DNA of 63,335 bases, counting the filler, from Hyphochytrium catenoides (lineage: Eukaryota; Protista; Hyphochytriomycota), in the NCBI GenBank assembly GCA_900088475.1. It is 8 parts of 8 records of this genome, joined end to end, with 100 filler letters (N's around TTAATTAATTAA, not from the genome) between each part and the next. Parts side by side here need not be neighbours in the genome. Positions count along the whole stretch, not along the records: positions 13,033 to 28,377 come from FLMG01002998.1; positions 28,478 to 46,787 come from FLMG01001758.1; 6 more parts are not named here. One strand, given 5' to 3'. Both the position numbers and the translations under genes were made by a program. Within the stretch, counting starts at the first letter, position 1. The number at the start of each line of letters is the position of its first letter. This document shows positions 27,040-39,021 of the stretch, one piece after another. Below the pieces are notes generated by a model. The model was given only the letters and a program-made list of their open reading frames with translations, was not told the DNA's origin and did not search any database.

Positions 27040-28033
27040 AAGTTAGGAAGAGAGAAGCGAGAGTCGGAGAAAAAGACAGAGTGCGAGAGAGAGAGCGACA
27101 GAGGATGAGAGTTAACGAGAGAGGCGAAACAAGAGAGAGAGAGAGGAAAGAGAGGAGAGAGAGAGAAAGAGATGGAAAGAGAGACGAGAAGGAAATGGTG
27201 CGAAAATATCGAGACAGAAAAAGAGGCACAAGAAGAACGAGAGAGGGACGTGAAAGAGAGGATGGAGGTTTGAGGAAGAAGACATTCTGGATGAGAGAGA
27301 GAGAGAAAGATAGAGAGAGGAAGGGAGAGAATATCTACCTGTTGAATGGTTCCTGCTGTGCAAGAGAGAGCAATTTTCTCTCCCTCGTAGGCCATCGCAC
27401 AGAGTTGCTCTCCTCCTCCCAGATTCCCGAGAGTCGTCAGGCCGAAGAGCTGAATCGCATTCGAGTTCAAGAGAGAGAGAGTGCTCGAGACCACGTCTGG
27501 AGGGAGAGGGCGGAGAGCAGAGACAGAGAGAGAGAGTGAGAGAGGGCGAAGAGCAGAGACAGAGAGAGAGAGAGAGAGAAGCGAGGGTCAGCCATGAGAA
27601 CACTTGGACGGAGTTCGGAAATCATCTAACGAGAAGTTCCAGACGAGAGACAGAGAGAGAGAACAAGGAATAGAAGAAAAGAGAGAGGCCAGAGAGAGAT
27701 AACCCGAGAGGCAGATAGAGAGAAACGTAGAGGGGAGAAAGAGAGACGGATGGAGGAAGAAGGATGAACGAGAGAGGGAGACGAGAACTAAATAGAGGAA
27801 GGGAAGAATGCGTAAGAGACAAAAAGAGGGTGAGAGCGCAAAAGAGGGTGAGAGCGCAAAAGAGGGTGAGAGAGAGAGAGAGAGAGNNNNNNNNNNNNNN
27901 NNNNNNNNNNNNNAGCCATAGCGACCTGAACCCGATCCTAGGACATAGAACCACATTATAGGGAAGCAGATGATCGTCATGGTGATGAAAATCCACGCCA
28001 TTGTCTTGAGGAACTTGAAATAGAGAGACACGC
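16878..28033 (-). CDS. OSCA/TMEM63 (CSC1-like) calcium-permeable mechanosensitive channel family protein, ~21 visible exons, 5'-partial, with a lectin-like loop domain
   Basis: Spliced exons give GVSLYFKFLK (28033-27914), FGLTTLGNLG, SPSDYTVQIVSLP (25196-25083), ATTAFVTFEE, APDPTDINWENLG (23185-23033), DFSVSWYQNVG, TQRELEQLFIGPEFALAGRYA, LLFSSGMPILLP, YWTDKL, PPLYDGRMA, LHSYDMSQN, ending FAADV* at 16878. Multiple hydrophobic TM segments. AFVTF and APxPxDIxWxNL are OSCA hallmarks. Confidence 0.9.
24508..25000. repeat. Intronic tandem repeat with a ~164 bp unit (two diverged copies flanking an N gap)
   Basis: AGCAGCAGGGCGAGGGGGAGAGACAC...CAGTTGATAGAGAAAAGGAGG starts at 24508 and again at 24836, 328 bp (2 x 164) apart, with a 166-N gap between them. 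Confidence 0.75.
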
Positions 28034-28377
28034 CTAGATAAGAGAGACAGAGACAGAGAGAGAAAGAGAAAGAGAGAGAGAGGGACAGATAGAGACAAAG
28101 AAAGACAGAGAGAGCAAAATTGATGAGGACAGATGGATGAGGACAGATGGGAGATATGCCAGAGTAGGAATGCACAAATAGACGCTAATCTGACAACGGG
28201 ACACAGAGAGAGAGAGATGAAGAGAGACGGAGACAGAGAGAGGGACAACGTGGGAGGGACAACCAGAGACACGTAGAGACACACACAGAGAGCCAAACAG
28301 AGCGAGACACACGAGTGACAGGCACAGAGAAAGACACACGAGTGACAGGTACACACACAGAGAGAGAGAGAGAGAGA

Positions 28378-28477
28378 NNNNNNNNNNNNNNNNNNNNNNN
28401 NNNNNNNNNNNNNNNNNNNNNTTAATTAATTAANNNNNNNNNNNNNNNNNNNNNNNNNNNNNNNNNNNNNNNNNNNN
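28378..28477. other. Artificial contig spacer
   Basis: N44-TTAATTAATTAA-N44. Confidence 0.97.
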
Positions 28478-28561
28478 CTCTCCCTCTCTCTGTCTCTCTC
28501 TCTCTCTCTCTCCCTCTCTCTCTCTCTGTTCTCTCTCTCTCATAAAAAGCCTATTCCCTAC

Positions 28562-28940
28562 CTTGCTCTCTCTCCCTGTTATTCCTTTCACAACCTTCCC
28601 TCTCTCTTTGGGCACGAGCTCTCCCACAAGACCTCTATCCTGCACACAGAAGAGAAGAGAGAGAGAGGGAGACTTCCAAAGGAAGTTACACTCATTTCCC
28701 CCTCTTCTCTTCCTCGTCTCTCTTTCTCTAAAGGAAACTTAGAGAGAAAAGAAGTTCAAGGACCAGAGGGGAGTGAGAGGCAGAAGAGATGGTCTCCTGC
28801 TAGCGACGTCGCTTGCCTTGCGGCCTCTAGTTCTACGTCTCTCTCCTCTCTCACCAGCTCAGTCACATTCTTCGAGTTGTCTGGCATTCCGTGATTGCCA
28901 TTCAGCCGCTCGGGGTACAAAGAAGAAGAAAGAGATCCTT

Positions 28941-28971
<31 letters not shown>

Positions 28972-29085
28972 CCTACGGTGGCTCTTTTCCAATCGCTTGG
29001 ACCCTGGCACTTCCACCTTTTCCTCCTCTCCCTGCAATTGCTGTTGCTGCTGCTTTTCTTCTTTTCTTTTTTCACGTGCCGTCAT
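28562..29085 (-). CDS. First two exons of a minus-strand gene running off the contig end; probably the N-terminus of the OSCA-like channel
   Basis: ATG at 29085 (MTAREKRKEEKQQQQQ...MPDNSKNVTEL|GTGAGA donor after 28855), then a 78-nt AG/GT-bounded phase-0 exon 28639-28562 (DRGLVGELVPKERGKVVKGITGRESK). Confidence 0.5.
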
Positions 29086-29430
29086 CTCACAAGCGAACTC
29101 GACTTGCCGCTAAGAGTCGGACCTTCGTTACGTCGGTTGTGCGGAAGACAGCGCATAGCTCCTTAGCATGAAATAGAAAGTGAAAGAGAGACGAGAGGCA
29201 TAGATTTTCTCTTCTCTTCTTCTCTAGCAGACTCCTTCCCCATTCGCCTGCGTTCCTGTGCAACGCGGAAGAGCTCTTCGTCCATCACTTCTCTCTCTCG
29301 CGCGCTTCTCTTCTTATTCTTCCACTTCCCATCTCGGAAGAGAGAGTGAAAGGACAGCGAGCAATCTTGAGGAGAAAGACGCATTCGGTTATCTTGGTAT
29401 TAGCAGCTTCTTCTCTGCTTTAAAGAGACC
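29086..29430. promoter_or_regulatory. Putative bidirectional promoter region
   Basis: About 345 bp between divergent ATGs at 29085 (-) and 29431 (+). No motif identified; positional inference only. Confidence 0.3.
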
Positions 29431-30723
29431 ATGGGACTCACATGTCAGGAGCCCATCCCTTCAGTCAACATCGCCAGCCCTCAGGACGGCCAGGCCGTCT
29501 CCGCTATGAGCTTTAATGAGGATGGCAGCTACCTTGCCGTAGGAGACAAGTCTGGAAGGATCACGGTCTACGACGCAGCAATCTCCTCGTCTTCTTCATC
29601 AGTTGAGGGCGATAAGCTTGCTTGGTCGTTAGAGAGAAGCGGCATCAATGACTCCGCAAGGAAAGTGACAGTCTTTCAGAGCCACACGACGGACTTTGAC
29701 TATCTCCGAAGTGAGGACATTGACTGCGCCATCACGTCAGTGGACTTCTGTCGTGGCACTCACAGAAACTCTATGATGATGCTGGCTGCCAACGAGAGAA
29801 CGATCAAGCTCTGGAGAGTGAAAGACGATCAAGAAAGGGGATGCCTAGCCTCCTATGGCGGAGACGGGCTTGCCCAGGGTTCACCTTCCTCCGTTGCTGG
29901 GATCTACTCCTCACAGAACAAGCACAATCTCTCTCCCAGAAAATCACATTGCAGAAGCCAGAGTGCGCGTCTAAAGCGCTCTTACTCACAGATTCACATG
30001 TACCATATCAACTCTGTCTCAACCAGCAGTGACGGGTCTTCCTTCCTATCTGCGGATGACCTCCGGATGAACTGGTGGGATCTGGAGCACCCAGAGCAGT
30101 GCATGAACTTCTTAGATCTCAAGCCAGACAATATGGAAGATCTGCAGGAGGTCATCACCACTGCCACCTTTCACCCTACTGATAGCACATCTTATCTCTA
30201 TGGACTCTCCTCAGGGAGAGTAAAGCTCGGGGATCTTCGACGAAGATGCCTGGCAGGATCAAAGGACAGAGTGTTCGCCTTGGATAACGCTCACAGTGGC
30301 TGCGGAGTCTACTCTGACATTGTTGCAAGCTGCTCGGAGGCCGTATTCTCCCGCGATGGACGGTACATTGTCTCTAGAGACTACCTCTCTGTCACGGTGT
30401 GGGATGTACGGAACGAGACCGAGCCTGTTAACATGATCTCGGTAGACGAGCGCCTAGAGGGCGAGCTGCTTCAACTCTACGAATCCCAAGCCATCTTCGA
30501 TAAGTTCTCCATCGGCGTCAGTGCCAACGGAAACAAGATCGTAACAGGCTGCTATGACAACACCTTCCACTTATATGACCAGAAGTCTATGAGCGATGTA
30601 GCTGTGGAGGTGTCGCAGACAGCGAACGATGCTATCCTCTTCACCGCGTTCAACAGCGCTCAGAACTCGTTTGCAGTTGCCTCCAACGGCGCTGTGCATC
30701 TGTTCCCCGTCAATGCTTTTTAA
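29431..30723 (+). CDS. PPP2R2: Protein phosphatase 2A regulatory subunit B55/PR55 (CDC55-like), WD40 propeller, divergent and intronless
   Basis: 430-aa ORF with B55 motifs LAVGDKSGRI, FQSHTTDFDYLRS, ERTIKLW, HMYHINSVS, FLSADDLRMNWW, LKPDNMEDLQEVITTATFHP, GRYIVSRDYLSV, LYESQAIFDKF. Confidence 0.93.
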   Translation: MGLTCQEPIPSVNIASPQDGQAVSAMSFNEDGSYLAVGDKSGRITVYDAAISSSSSSVEGDKLAWSLERSGINDSARKVTVFQSHTTDFDYLRSEDIDCAITSVDFCRGTHRNSMMMLAANERTIKLWRVKDDQERGCLASYGGDGLAQGSPSSVAGIYSSQNKHNLSPRKSHCRSQSARLKRSYSQIHMYHINSVSTSSDGSSFLSADDLRMNWWDLEHPEQCMNFLDLKPDNMEDLQEVITTATFHPTDSTSYLYGLSSGRVKLGDLRRRCLAGSKDRVFALDNAHSGCGVYSDIVASCSEAVFSRDGRYIVSRDYLSVTVWDVRNETEPVNMISVDERLEGELLQLYESQAIFDKFSIGVSANGNKIVTGCYDNTFHLYDQKSMSDVAVEVSQTANDAILFTAFNSAQNSFAVASNGAVHLFPVNAF

Positions 30724-31892
30724 AGCCAGGGAAGCTGAGGGTCATAATTGTCTCTCCGTGCTTGCCTTCTGCCTTCGAGTCAGTCCTTACCCTGCCTCGT
30801 CTGTTTGTCCCGTTGTCGTTCCCCAGTCCGTCCCCTTATTTGGCCTTTTATCGAGGTAGACAGAGAGGAAATGCCTTTATATCAATTTCCTCTCTCATCT
30901 TTCCTCCTCATCTTTTTCCTCTATGTTGTACACTACATTTTCCTGCTTAAGCTCTGTTTCCATAACGCTTTGCCCTTGTCCGCTGAGGTCTCCTATACTA
31001 TTGACCCTGTCCTATTAGAGCCTAGTACACAGGCGCGATATTATAGAGTTTTTCTCTCAATTATAAAGAAATATCTCCTGAGTGTTAACTATCACAATGT
31101 CGCTCTGGTCCCCCATTGTCCTTCTCCTATCGCCTGTAAGACCCGAATCCTAAGGGCTAACCCACGGCTAGCTGGCGATAGTGTCCTGTACGAACATTCA
31201 TACGCTCTCTCCTTGGACTGGTCACCTTCTAAGAGCAGTGACGACTATGGGGTCCTTCCTCAGCTTCTCCATCAAAAGACTGTACTATCCTGTCACGCTC
31301 AAGCCTATAAAGCCACATGTCTCTTTGGTAGGCTTGAAGTAACAGTATGTTGGGACAGCGATGGGTGAAGTTGGCGAATCATACTGTCCAGCGGAAGTCA
31401 TGCGCCACTTTGCTTGCTTGAGGAGCGACAACAGAAGGAAGTGGCTCTCTCCGGCCCATGACCCATGTCTGACCTCAAGCTGAACTTGACAGTACATAAT
31501 AAAACTAGTTCCAGGCTGAGAGCAGAAGAGAGAGGAAGAGAGAGAGAGAGAGGCCGAGAGAGAGAACGAGAGAGAGAGAGAGAGAGCAAAAGAAATGCCA
31601 GAGAATACTTGTGAAAGAGGAAAAGAGAGAGACGGAAGAGAGTTCAATCGCCATGTAGAACTCGTATCACGATCGCTGCCTCGCTTTTTTCTCTTCTGTT
31701 CGAAGGCCCAAGTATTACCGGTAACGGCTATAACTGGGCAGCATTTAGTATACGGTAGCTTATTTCGTTGTTTAAATAGAATACATCGTATCCTATTATG
31801 GATCAATAGTGTGTGGAACGGGAAGAATGGAACTGAAAGGTCATTTTTTTGGAGGAACAGGAAGGAAGAAAGAGAGTGAACAGATAGAGAGG

Positions 31893-31929
<37 letters not shown>

Positions 31930-32344
31930 AGAGAGAGAAGAAGAGNNNNNNNNNNNNNNAGAGAGAGAGGGAGAGAGAGAGAGAGAGAGGAGAGAGGAAA
32001 GCTCCTCTTACAAAAGAATCGAAAGACTGGAATACTAATTAAAGACCCTCCCGGCAGAGAGAGAGTGACAACACCAGCGCATGAACAGAGAGAAGACAGC
32101 TCCCCTGCAGAGTACACTCCGCCATAGGGCAGAAGGGGACAAGCTGTCAGGCTTCAGGAGAGAGAGACCACTTCTACACAGCAGAGATTGAGCAGAACCA
32201 GCCACGGGAACACGAGGAAGAAAAGGACCACGTAGAGCGTCAAGAGCTGGTAGAGAGAGAGAGACACTCACCTCCGACCTGCAGACACATCCCTGAGGTT
32301 TCCTTTGAGACCTGTTGCTCTTCTTGAGATCAGAAGCCCCCATC

Positions 32345-32437
32345 ATGGCCGTCAATCCCCTGGAGGCTGAGAGATTGATAGAGCAGCTGGAGACCATACC
32401 CATCGAAGATATAGGAGGCACGAGGTACTGACCATCT

Positions 32438-32470
<33 letters not shown>

Positions 32471-32609
32471 CTCTCTCTCTCTCTCTCTCTCTTACTTCTC
32501 CTCCGCCTCTCTGTCTCTCCCTCTCTCTTACTCCGTCTCTCTCTCTTTCTCTCTCTCTCTCTCGCTCTCTCTCTCTGTCTCTCTCTGTCTCTCTCTCTGT
32601 CTCTCTCTG

Positions 32610-32661
<52 letters not shown>

Positions 32662-35600
32662 CACATGTAACTACTTGGCCTGTCTTCTCCATTTGACTGT
32701 GACTGTTGCCTTCCTGCAGATGGCTCCGGCAGCACGAACTCTTAGAGAAACTCAACCTGCAGGCGCACCAGAGCGCCAGAGACAAGACCGAAGAATATGT
32801 GATGGAGGCGATTCTTCTGTTCAACAAGCTTCCAGTCCTCATCCACGAGCTGCTGGCCATTGAAGCGTGGAAAGAGAATGTCTTTCCTAACGTGAAGGTA
32901 CGAGAAGAGAGAGAGAGAGAGAAAAAGCCAGAGAGATGGAAAAGACAGCCAGAGAGACGGAAAAGACAGCCAGAGTGAAGGGGTGGGGAGAGAGAGAGAG
33001 AAAGAGAGAAAGAGAGGAAGGGCGAGAGAGATGCTGAAGCGAAAGTGTGACCCATTTTTAAAAGTCGAAGTCAAAGAAGAGTGACCTGTAGGGAAGACAA
33101 GAGAAAGAAGATAGGAGAGGGACGAGAAGGGAAAGGGCTGAGGGCCAACGGTGTATGTTAAGACACAAGAGCTTTCTCTTTTCAGGAGCATAAGAGTATG
33201 GGTTCAATAGACGCCAGAAAGACAGACATGGAGAGAGAGAGNNNNNNNNNNNNNNNNNNNNNNNNNNNNNNNNNNNNNNNNNNNNNNNNNNNNNNNNNNN
33301 NNNNNNNNNNNNNNNNNNNNNNNNNNGATACATTGATGTAGCAGGAGAGAGCGGACATTAAGTAAGTGCATTGTGCTCTGTCTCCATCTGTACTGATTCT
33401 TCTCTTCCTTCCTTGTCTAGGGCTCGTTGGCTAAGAATAACAGCACCGTCCGTGGCTACTTCATTCTCTATCATGAGGCGACGCTGCTGAACCTCTTGGA
33501 GGTTCTTCTCTACCATGAAAGCGTGGCAGAGAGCGGGGGAGAAGAGTTCATGGAGCTAGTTGATTACTGCGCACGAAAGTTGGCCTGGCTCAACTCTCTC
33601 TCCCCAGCCGTGAAGAACTCTCTCTCTCCCTCAGGAAAGGAGTTTGCCGAGAGACTGGCTAATAGCAGGTACGACGACCAACGTGGTCTCTCTCGAAAGA
33701 GAGAGAGAACTTTGACCTTCCTGTTGTTCTTCCTCTCCTCGTCATCTGCTTATGATCTATACCTGCCTGATGGTTGGTCTATCCCTACCAATGCCCTTGA
33801 GCTCTTATAAGATGGGCCCGCACTGCTATCTCTTGACCTGCTTCTCTTTTCGTTTGTCCGTTTCTCTTCTCCTCTCTAGAATAAATACTGGTGTCCACCG
33901 TCTGATACCTTCTGCATCTTCGTCACTCTTTCTTTCACTTACGACTACTACCAACTTTGCCCACACAAAGTGCGGAGGAGGAGCTAGAGCGGCATCAGAG
34001 AGAGATAGAGTACAATGTAGCTGTGACGTCCGTTTCTCTTGTGAGATACTTGGCCGAGCATATCAAGGTCCTTCCTCTCTCTGTGGTTAGCCGGATGTTA
34101 GACAAGACGGACCTCCTTCTCTCTATCACTCCATTGATAGAGAACCCGCCATGGACAAGAAGGGATCAGAAGGGAAAGGTAAGCATCTGACTTGCCAAAG
34201 TATCCATGGCTCGCTTCTTCTCTTCAAGAGTCTCTCTCTCCCTTATTATCTCTCTCCCTCGGTCTTCCTGTCTTCACGCCACTTCTTTACCTTAACCCTG
34301 TCCACCTCTCGGCCAACACGCAGCAGAGACGTCCACATCGTTGACCGCTCTGTCATCTATGTTCTTCCTCCGGAGTCTTTGGCAGTCACTCTTACATCCG
34401 TTCCTCTTCTCGCCTGGTGATCTGCACTCGCTCTACATTTATCATCTGGTGTCCAACAGTGGCAGAAGTTTGTTGAAGGGAAGTGGGAAGACGTCCCTCC
34501 TGAAGAGCTTCTTCGCCTCACGAAAACGGAAGGACAGGTCTGTCATGGATATTTTTACGGCTCTACTCCTTGCCAAGATCCTGGCACACCTTTCTCTCTC
34601 GGTTCTACTCTCTTCTCCTCCATTGCCAACCCACGTTTAAGCCAACTCTAGTGCTTTTCGTGGCCAAGAGTGTCTTCCTAGTTGGCCTAAGAATCTGGTG
34701 GTGGTGCTGCTTCTCTTCCTCTTAAAACTCCTGACAGTGCCGTGTGCTCTTTCTTCGCCAGGTTTGGTTGGCAGTGTTCTATCTCATGTGTGATCCCGTC
34801 TGTCGAGGGCGCTATCACTTCAATACTTTCAGAAAGGGGCAAGTGCTTCGCGTTAGGAAGTACCTCAATGAACTACTTCTTGATCAGCTACCTGTCCTAG
34901 CTGATGTGCAGGTGCGCATTGGCGTTCTATAGGCCGAAGAGGAAAGCGAACGAGAGAGAAGGAACAGAGGAAGAGAGGGAGGGAGCAAGACGGAGAACCA
35001 GAGAGAAAGTGGAAAGCGAGGCAGAGATAGTGAGAGGGCAGAATGAGTTTACAGAGTGAGACAGAAAGAGGATGGAGAGGCTGAGAGACAAGAAGGTAAA
35101 CGAGGTCGGGTCGCAGGTACCAAGACGCTGTTTGGAGGAAAGAACACGCAGGACGAGGAAGAATCCAGGAAAGAAGATAGATGACGCTGGTCATCAGACT
35201 GCCTATGGTGGCTTCTAATTCTTCTTCTCTTTCCCCTCCCAGCGGTATATGGACGAGCTCCAGATCATGAACCCTCCTGAGCCCACTGCTTCGTCGTCGT
35301 TGCTTCTTGAGCAAGTTCCGCAAATGCGTGTCTCTCTACTAAAGAACCGCGATTGGCAGGCTATCGCCTCTGATCAGGTTAGGCTTTAGTCCTTGGAACC
35401 ACTCTTTGTCCCTGGTGTCAGCCATGCATCCTCCTTCATCACAGATCAACCGGTTGTTCTCGCTTAAAGACTCGGAGGACCCGCAGCTACTGCAGCTAGC
35501 TACAATGTATCACAGTGAAGAGTTCGAGCAGCTTCTAGGGGAGGCCAAGTGCGGGCTGTGCGGAAAGGCTGCTGAAAAGCGATGCTCACGATGTAAGAAC

Positions 35601-35699
35601 GAGTGGTACTGCAGCAGAGACTGCCAGGTCAGAGCCTGGAAAGACCACCAGAAGCTGTGTGATCTCGTTAGCAAGCAAAATCTGGCTCCAGGATCTTAA
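32345..35699 (+). CDS. ZMYND10: Zinc finger MYND domain-containing protein 10 (BLU), axonemal dynein assembly factor, 8 exons
   Basis: Exons 32345-32424, 32720-32897, 33421-33668, 33971-34178, 34460-34537, 34762-34911, 35243-35377 and 35445-35699 splice in phase. Motifs: [73 protein letters not shown]; C-terminal MYND CGLC...[26 protein letters not shown]. Confidence 0.95.
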
Positions 35700-36229
35700 T
35701 GTTTCTGCTAAAGCTCCCATCGCCATGCGAAGCACCGGGACCTGATCGGAAGCTGAGGGTACAGCGGGCCCAGATGTGCTTTTAGGAATGACGGCAGATG
35801 AAGCTTAGCAAAGTTAAGAGAGAGGAGACTGGACGCTAGGTTCTTACCAGGGAGAAGCTGATGGGTGTTAGTGGCTGCAGCATATCTGTCAAGAGGAGAC
35901 GGTATAGAGAATCCCCGATGGAAGGCGAAGGCCAATGCGAAGCAGAAGATGGAGAGAGAAGACGAATAGAGTCCTGCTGGCAGGCCGAGCCTTTTTTTAG
36001 TCACTGATGCGAGGCAGCTCAAAGAGAAGCCAAGGAGAGAAACAGAGATAAAAATGTCCCTCTACTAATCTAACAACCTTGTCCTCCCGGTAAAAATTGA
36101 ACTTGGTTCCATCCCCGTCTTCAGGTCTTAGTGAGTCCCATATTCTCCGTCATAAAGAAAAAGGAAGCACCACGACTTTGCACTTCCTCGATCGTACTCT
36201 ACTTCAGATTCTGTGCAAGATATGCTGTA

Positions 36230-38366
36230 CCTGTGGGACAACAGTGACTGCTGCTCCCGGTGCTGGCAGCCTTTTGGCCTTATCTGAGCTTCGATCAGGA
36301 GGAGGAGACCAAGACAGCTTTCGTGTACATCTTTCAGAACCCCTTACCAACTGGGACTGCACAGTGACCTCTCCTAAGCCTGCCCGTCTATGTGAAGAGG
36401 AAGGCAATATAAAAAGCTTACCAGCGCCATCGAAGCTCTGAACAGCGACCAAGCTGATGATAAATCTAACAGGGTTGGCGATAGACCAGTGTCCTCAGTC
36501 CGCCAGGCAGCGCGACGATGCAAGAGTAGAGGCCGCTACTCCGTTTTTCTAGGGTCAAACTTTGACATAACTTTCCTCTTCTAAGCCAAGCCACATCATG
36601 ATCAAGGGGTCAGCACCAATGAAACCATCTCGGGCTTGACCTTTTGACTACTGTCACACGGTGATTGTCGCCACCGGAAACGATAGAGAGGAGGAAGCGT
36701 CTAGCACTAAAGCCTTCTATCCTTCCCAGGCCACTACGACCGTGGCCTTCACACATGGAACTGTACGAGGTAGCCGACGACTAGGACAGAAATCTCTCTT
36801 CCGGAGAAATGAAGAAGCAGATGCAAGAGTTAAACCTAGTGGATGACGACTAACAGCGGACAGGTGGTAGATCCTGAGGAACTGTTCAAAGAGGTCTTTG
36901 TCCTTTGGTTTTGTGCCAGACACCTGGATGGACCTGGGACCTTAGTCTCTCTCGTTGTCGCCCGGGTGTCCATCCTCCTCTACCACTCCGTTGCGTCTCC
37001 TGCGTCTCATCGCAGAGGAACTTACGTCTCAAGACGAACCCCAATTGAATCCACTTGTCATATTTATATAGATGAGAGGATAAGCGGCAGCGGGCAGTAG
37101 GAGGGGCAGCACTAGGGGCGCATGCCAAGCTATTGGCATTGGAAGCTTATTGATTACCATTTTGACACCTCTGCGTGAGCACGAAGCCAGGGACGGCACC
37201 AGCAAGAGACGTCGATCCAATGCGAAACTGATCTGCTGGGTCCACGGCCTACCTTGACTCTATCTAGGCTGATATCTAAACCTAGCGACGACGCAGCAGA
37301 GGTGCACTTCCAGAGACCGTAAGAAGATGAGAAGCTTGAACAAGTTTCCTTCTTCTATGAAGACGTGGGGGCTATTCTGAGAGTCAGCAAGTGGGAGGAT
37401 TGGAGACAGAACTAGCGTTTCCTGCGCTCTGGTTTGCTGACATGTTGAAGAAAGGCAATGGTGCGTCCATTGGCGCTCTTTCTCGAGGGATGTACGCCAC
37501 CTTCGACGCCCTTTCACCTCTTCAAGACAAATTCCTGGCCACTTTATTAACTTCATCGCTCATCTCCTTCTCCTCCTTATTTATTATCTCCTAGCAGTAA
37601 GAAGACAAGTTAACGCGGTCACCGCTAAAGCTGACAATGCAACGCGATGAGCAAAACCTGAAGACCTGCTTAGAAGGCAAGCTTGTTAGGAGAAGACAGG
37701 CACTTACGATCGGGAACTCATCTAGTAAAAGAAAGATAAGAAAGAGAGCATAAGGAGCCGCGATCTTTCCTCGGGAGAGAGAGTCTCTGCCAGTCCCGCG
37801 CTCCCTGTCGTGAACGGACACGGGCGACGAGGTGCCTGTACAATGAAAAACGCTACTAGTCGTCAAGAGTCAAGAAAGGAAAGAGCTGCACGATGGACAT
37901 CCCATAGAGATTACCGTGATTTTCTATCTTGACAGTAGGACCAAACGAGCGGACGTGACCTTGCGCTACTGTCTGAGACTTCTTGTACGATCCAGGGTAC
38001 GACCTTCTCTATGTCGTAAGGGGGAAGTGGAGAGCGAGGCAATGTCCATTCCTTCATCTTCCAAATCAGAAGGAGTGAGGACGATAAAAAGGTACGCGTT
38101 TAATGAACGATGGGTGGTAGTGACACTAAAGCAAGAGAGAACAAAAGGGAGAGCGAGGGAGAGAAAAGGAAGAGAAGAAGAGAGAGAGAGAGGCAGAGAA
38201 GAGAGAAAGAGAAGCAGAGACAGAGAGAGGAGGTAGAAGAGGAAGAGAAGAGGACCCAAGAGGTACCTCCTTTGTGCAGCATGTACCAGCCTGAATGAAG
38301 ATCCAAAAGATGTCCTCAGCCTTCTCATCATCCTGCTGCTAATCAAGACTGTGCAATGGCGCCATG
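36230..38366 (-). CDS. Possible multi-exon gene of unknown function (no consistent model built)
   Basis: Several short non-repetitive islands with AG/GT boundaries on the minus strand, e.g. PHVFIEEGNLFKLLIFLR, KDKDLFEQFLRIYHLSA, EKVVPWIVQEV. I could not resolve the phases with confidence. Confidence 0.25.
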
Positions 38367-38962
38367 TCATCTTGCTCCGGTCTGTCCAAGGTCGAAGGGA
38401 TTGAAGTTCCGTTACGACGCGGGAGAGGAGAGGAGGAGAAGGAAAAGAGAGGGAAAAGAATGGACATGGCTTTGTGATGCCAGAATCGGTGGAGGAGGAA
38501 GGGAGCTTTGAGAGAAATATCAAGCAGGCGCCGGTTCTTCTTCTCGAGCAGGAGAATGATGAGAGCTGAGAAGAAGAGGAGGGAGGAGGAGGAGAAGATG
38601 AGCCTCTATCTCTGAGCTGTGAAAAGAGAGGGAAGTTTTTACGTTGTTCCGCGGGAGCAGAGTGAAGAGATGATGAACGGGCAGTGGGGACCGTGATAGG
38701 CGAAGGATGGCGAGAAGGGAGAAAGCACAGCGAGCAGACATGGTGAGGAGGAGAAAGAGGGAGTGGAAGAGTGAGGAGAGGAAGAAAGTAAGTGAGAGAG
38801 GGGAACAAAAAGAGCGGACGGAGGAGAGATATGGAGACAGAGGAATTCAAGAGAGAGAGAGAGACAGCACAAAAGTACAAGTAGAACCACGAGAGAAAGC
38901 TAAGAAGAGGCGGAAGAGCAAGCGAGTGAGAATGAGAAGTGAGAGGGAAGAGTGTGAGTGAC

Positions 38963-39021
<59 letters not shown>

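Noticed and set aside
30748-32300. 206-aa and 173-aa ORFs between B55 and ZMYND10
   Set aside because: Non-ATG starts, no recognisable motifs, and no consistent splice model.
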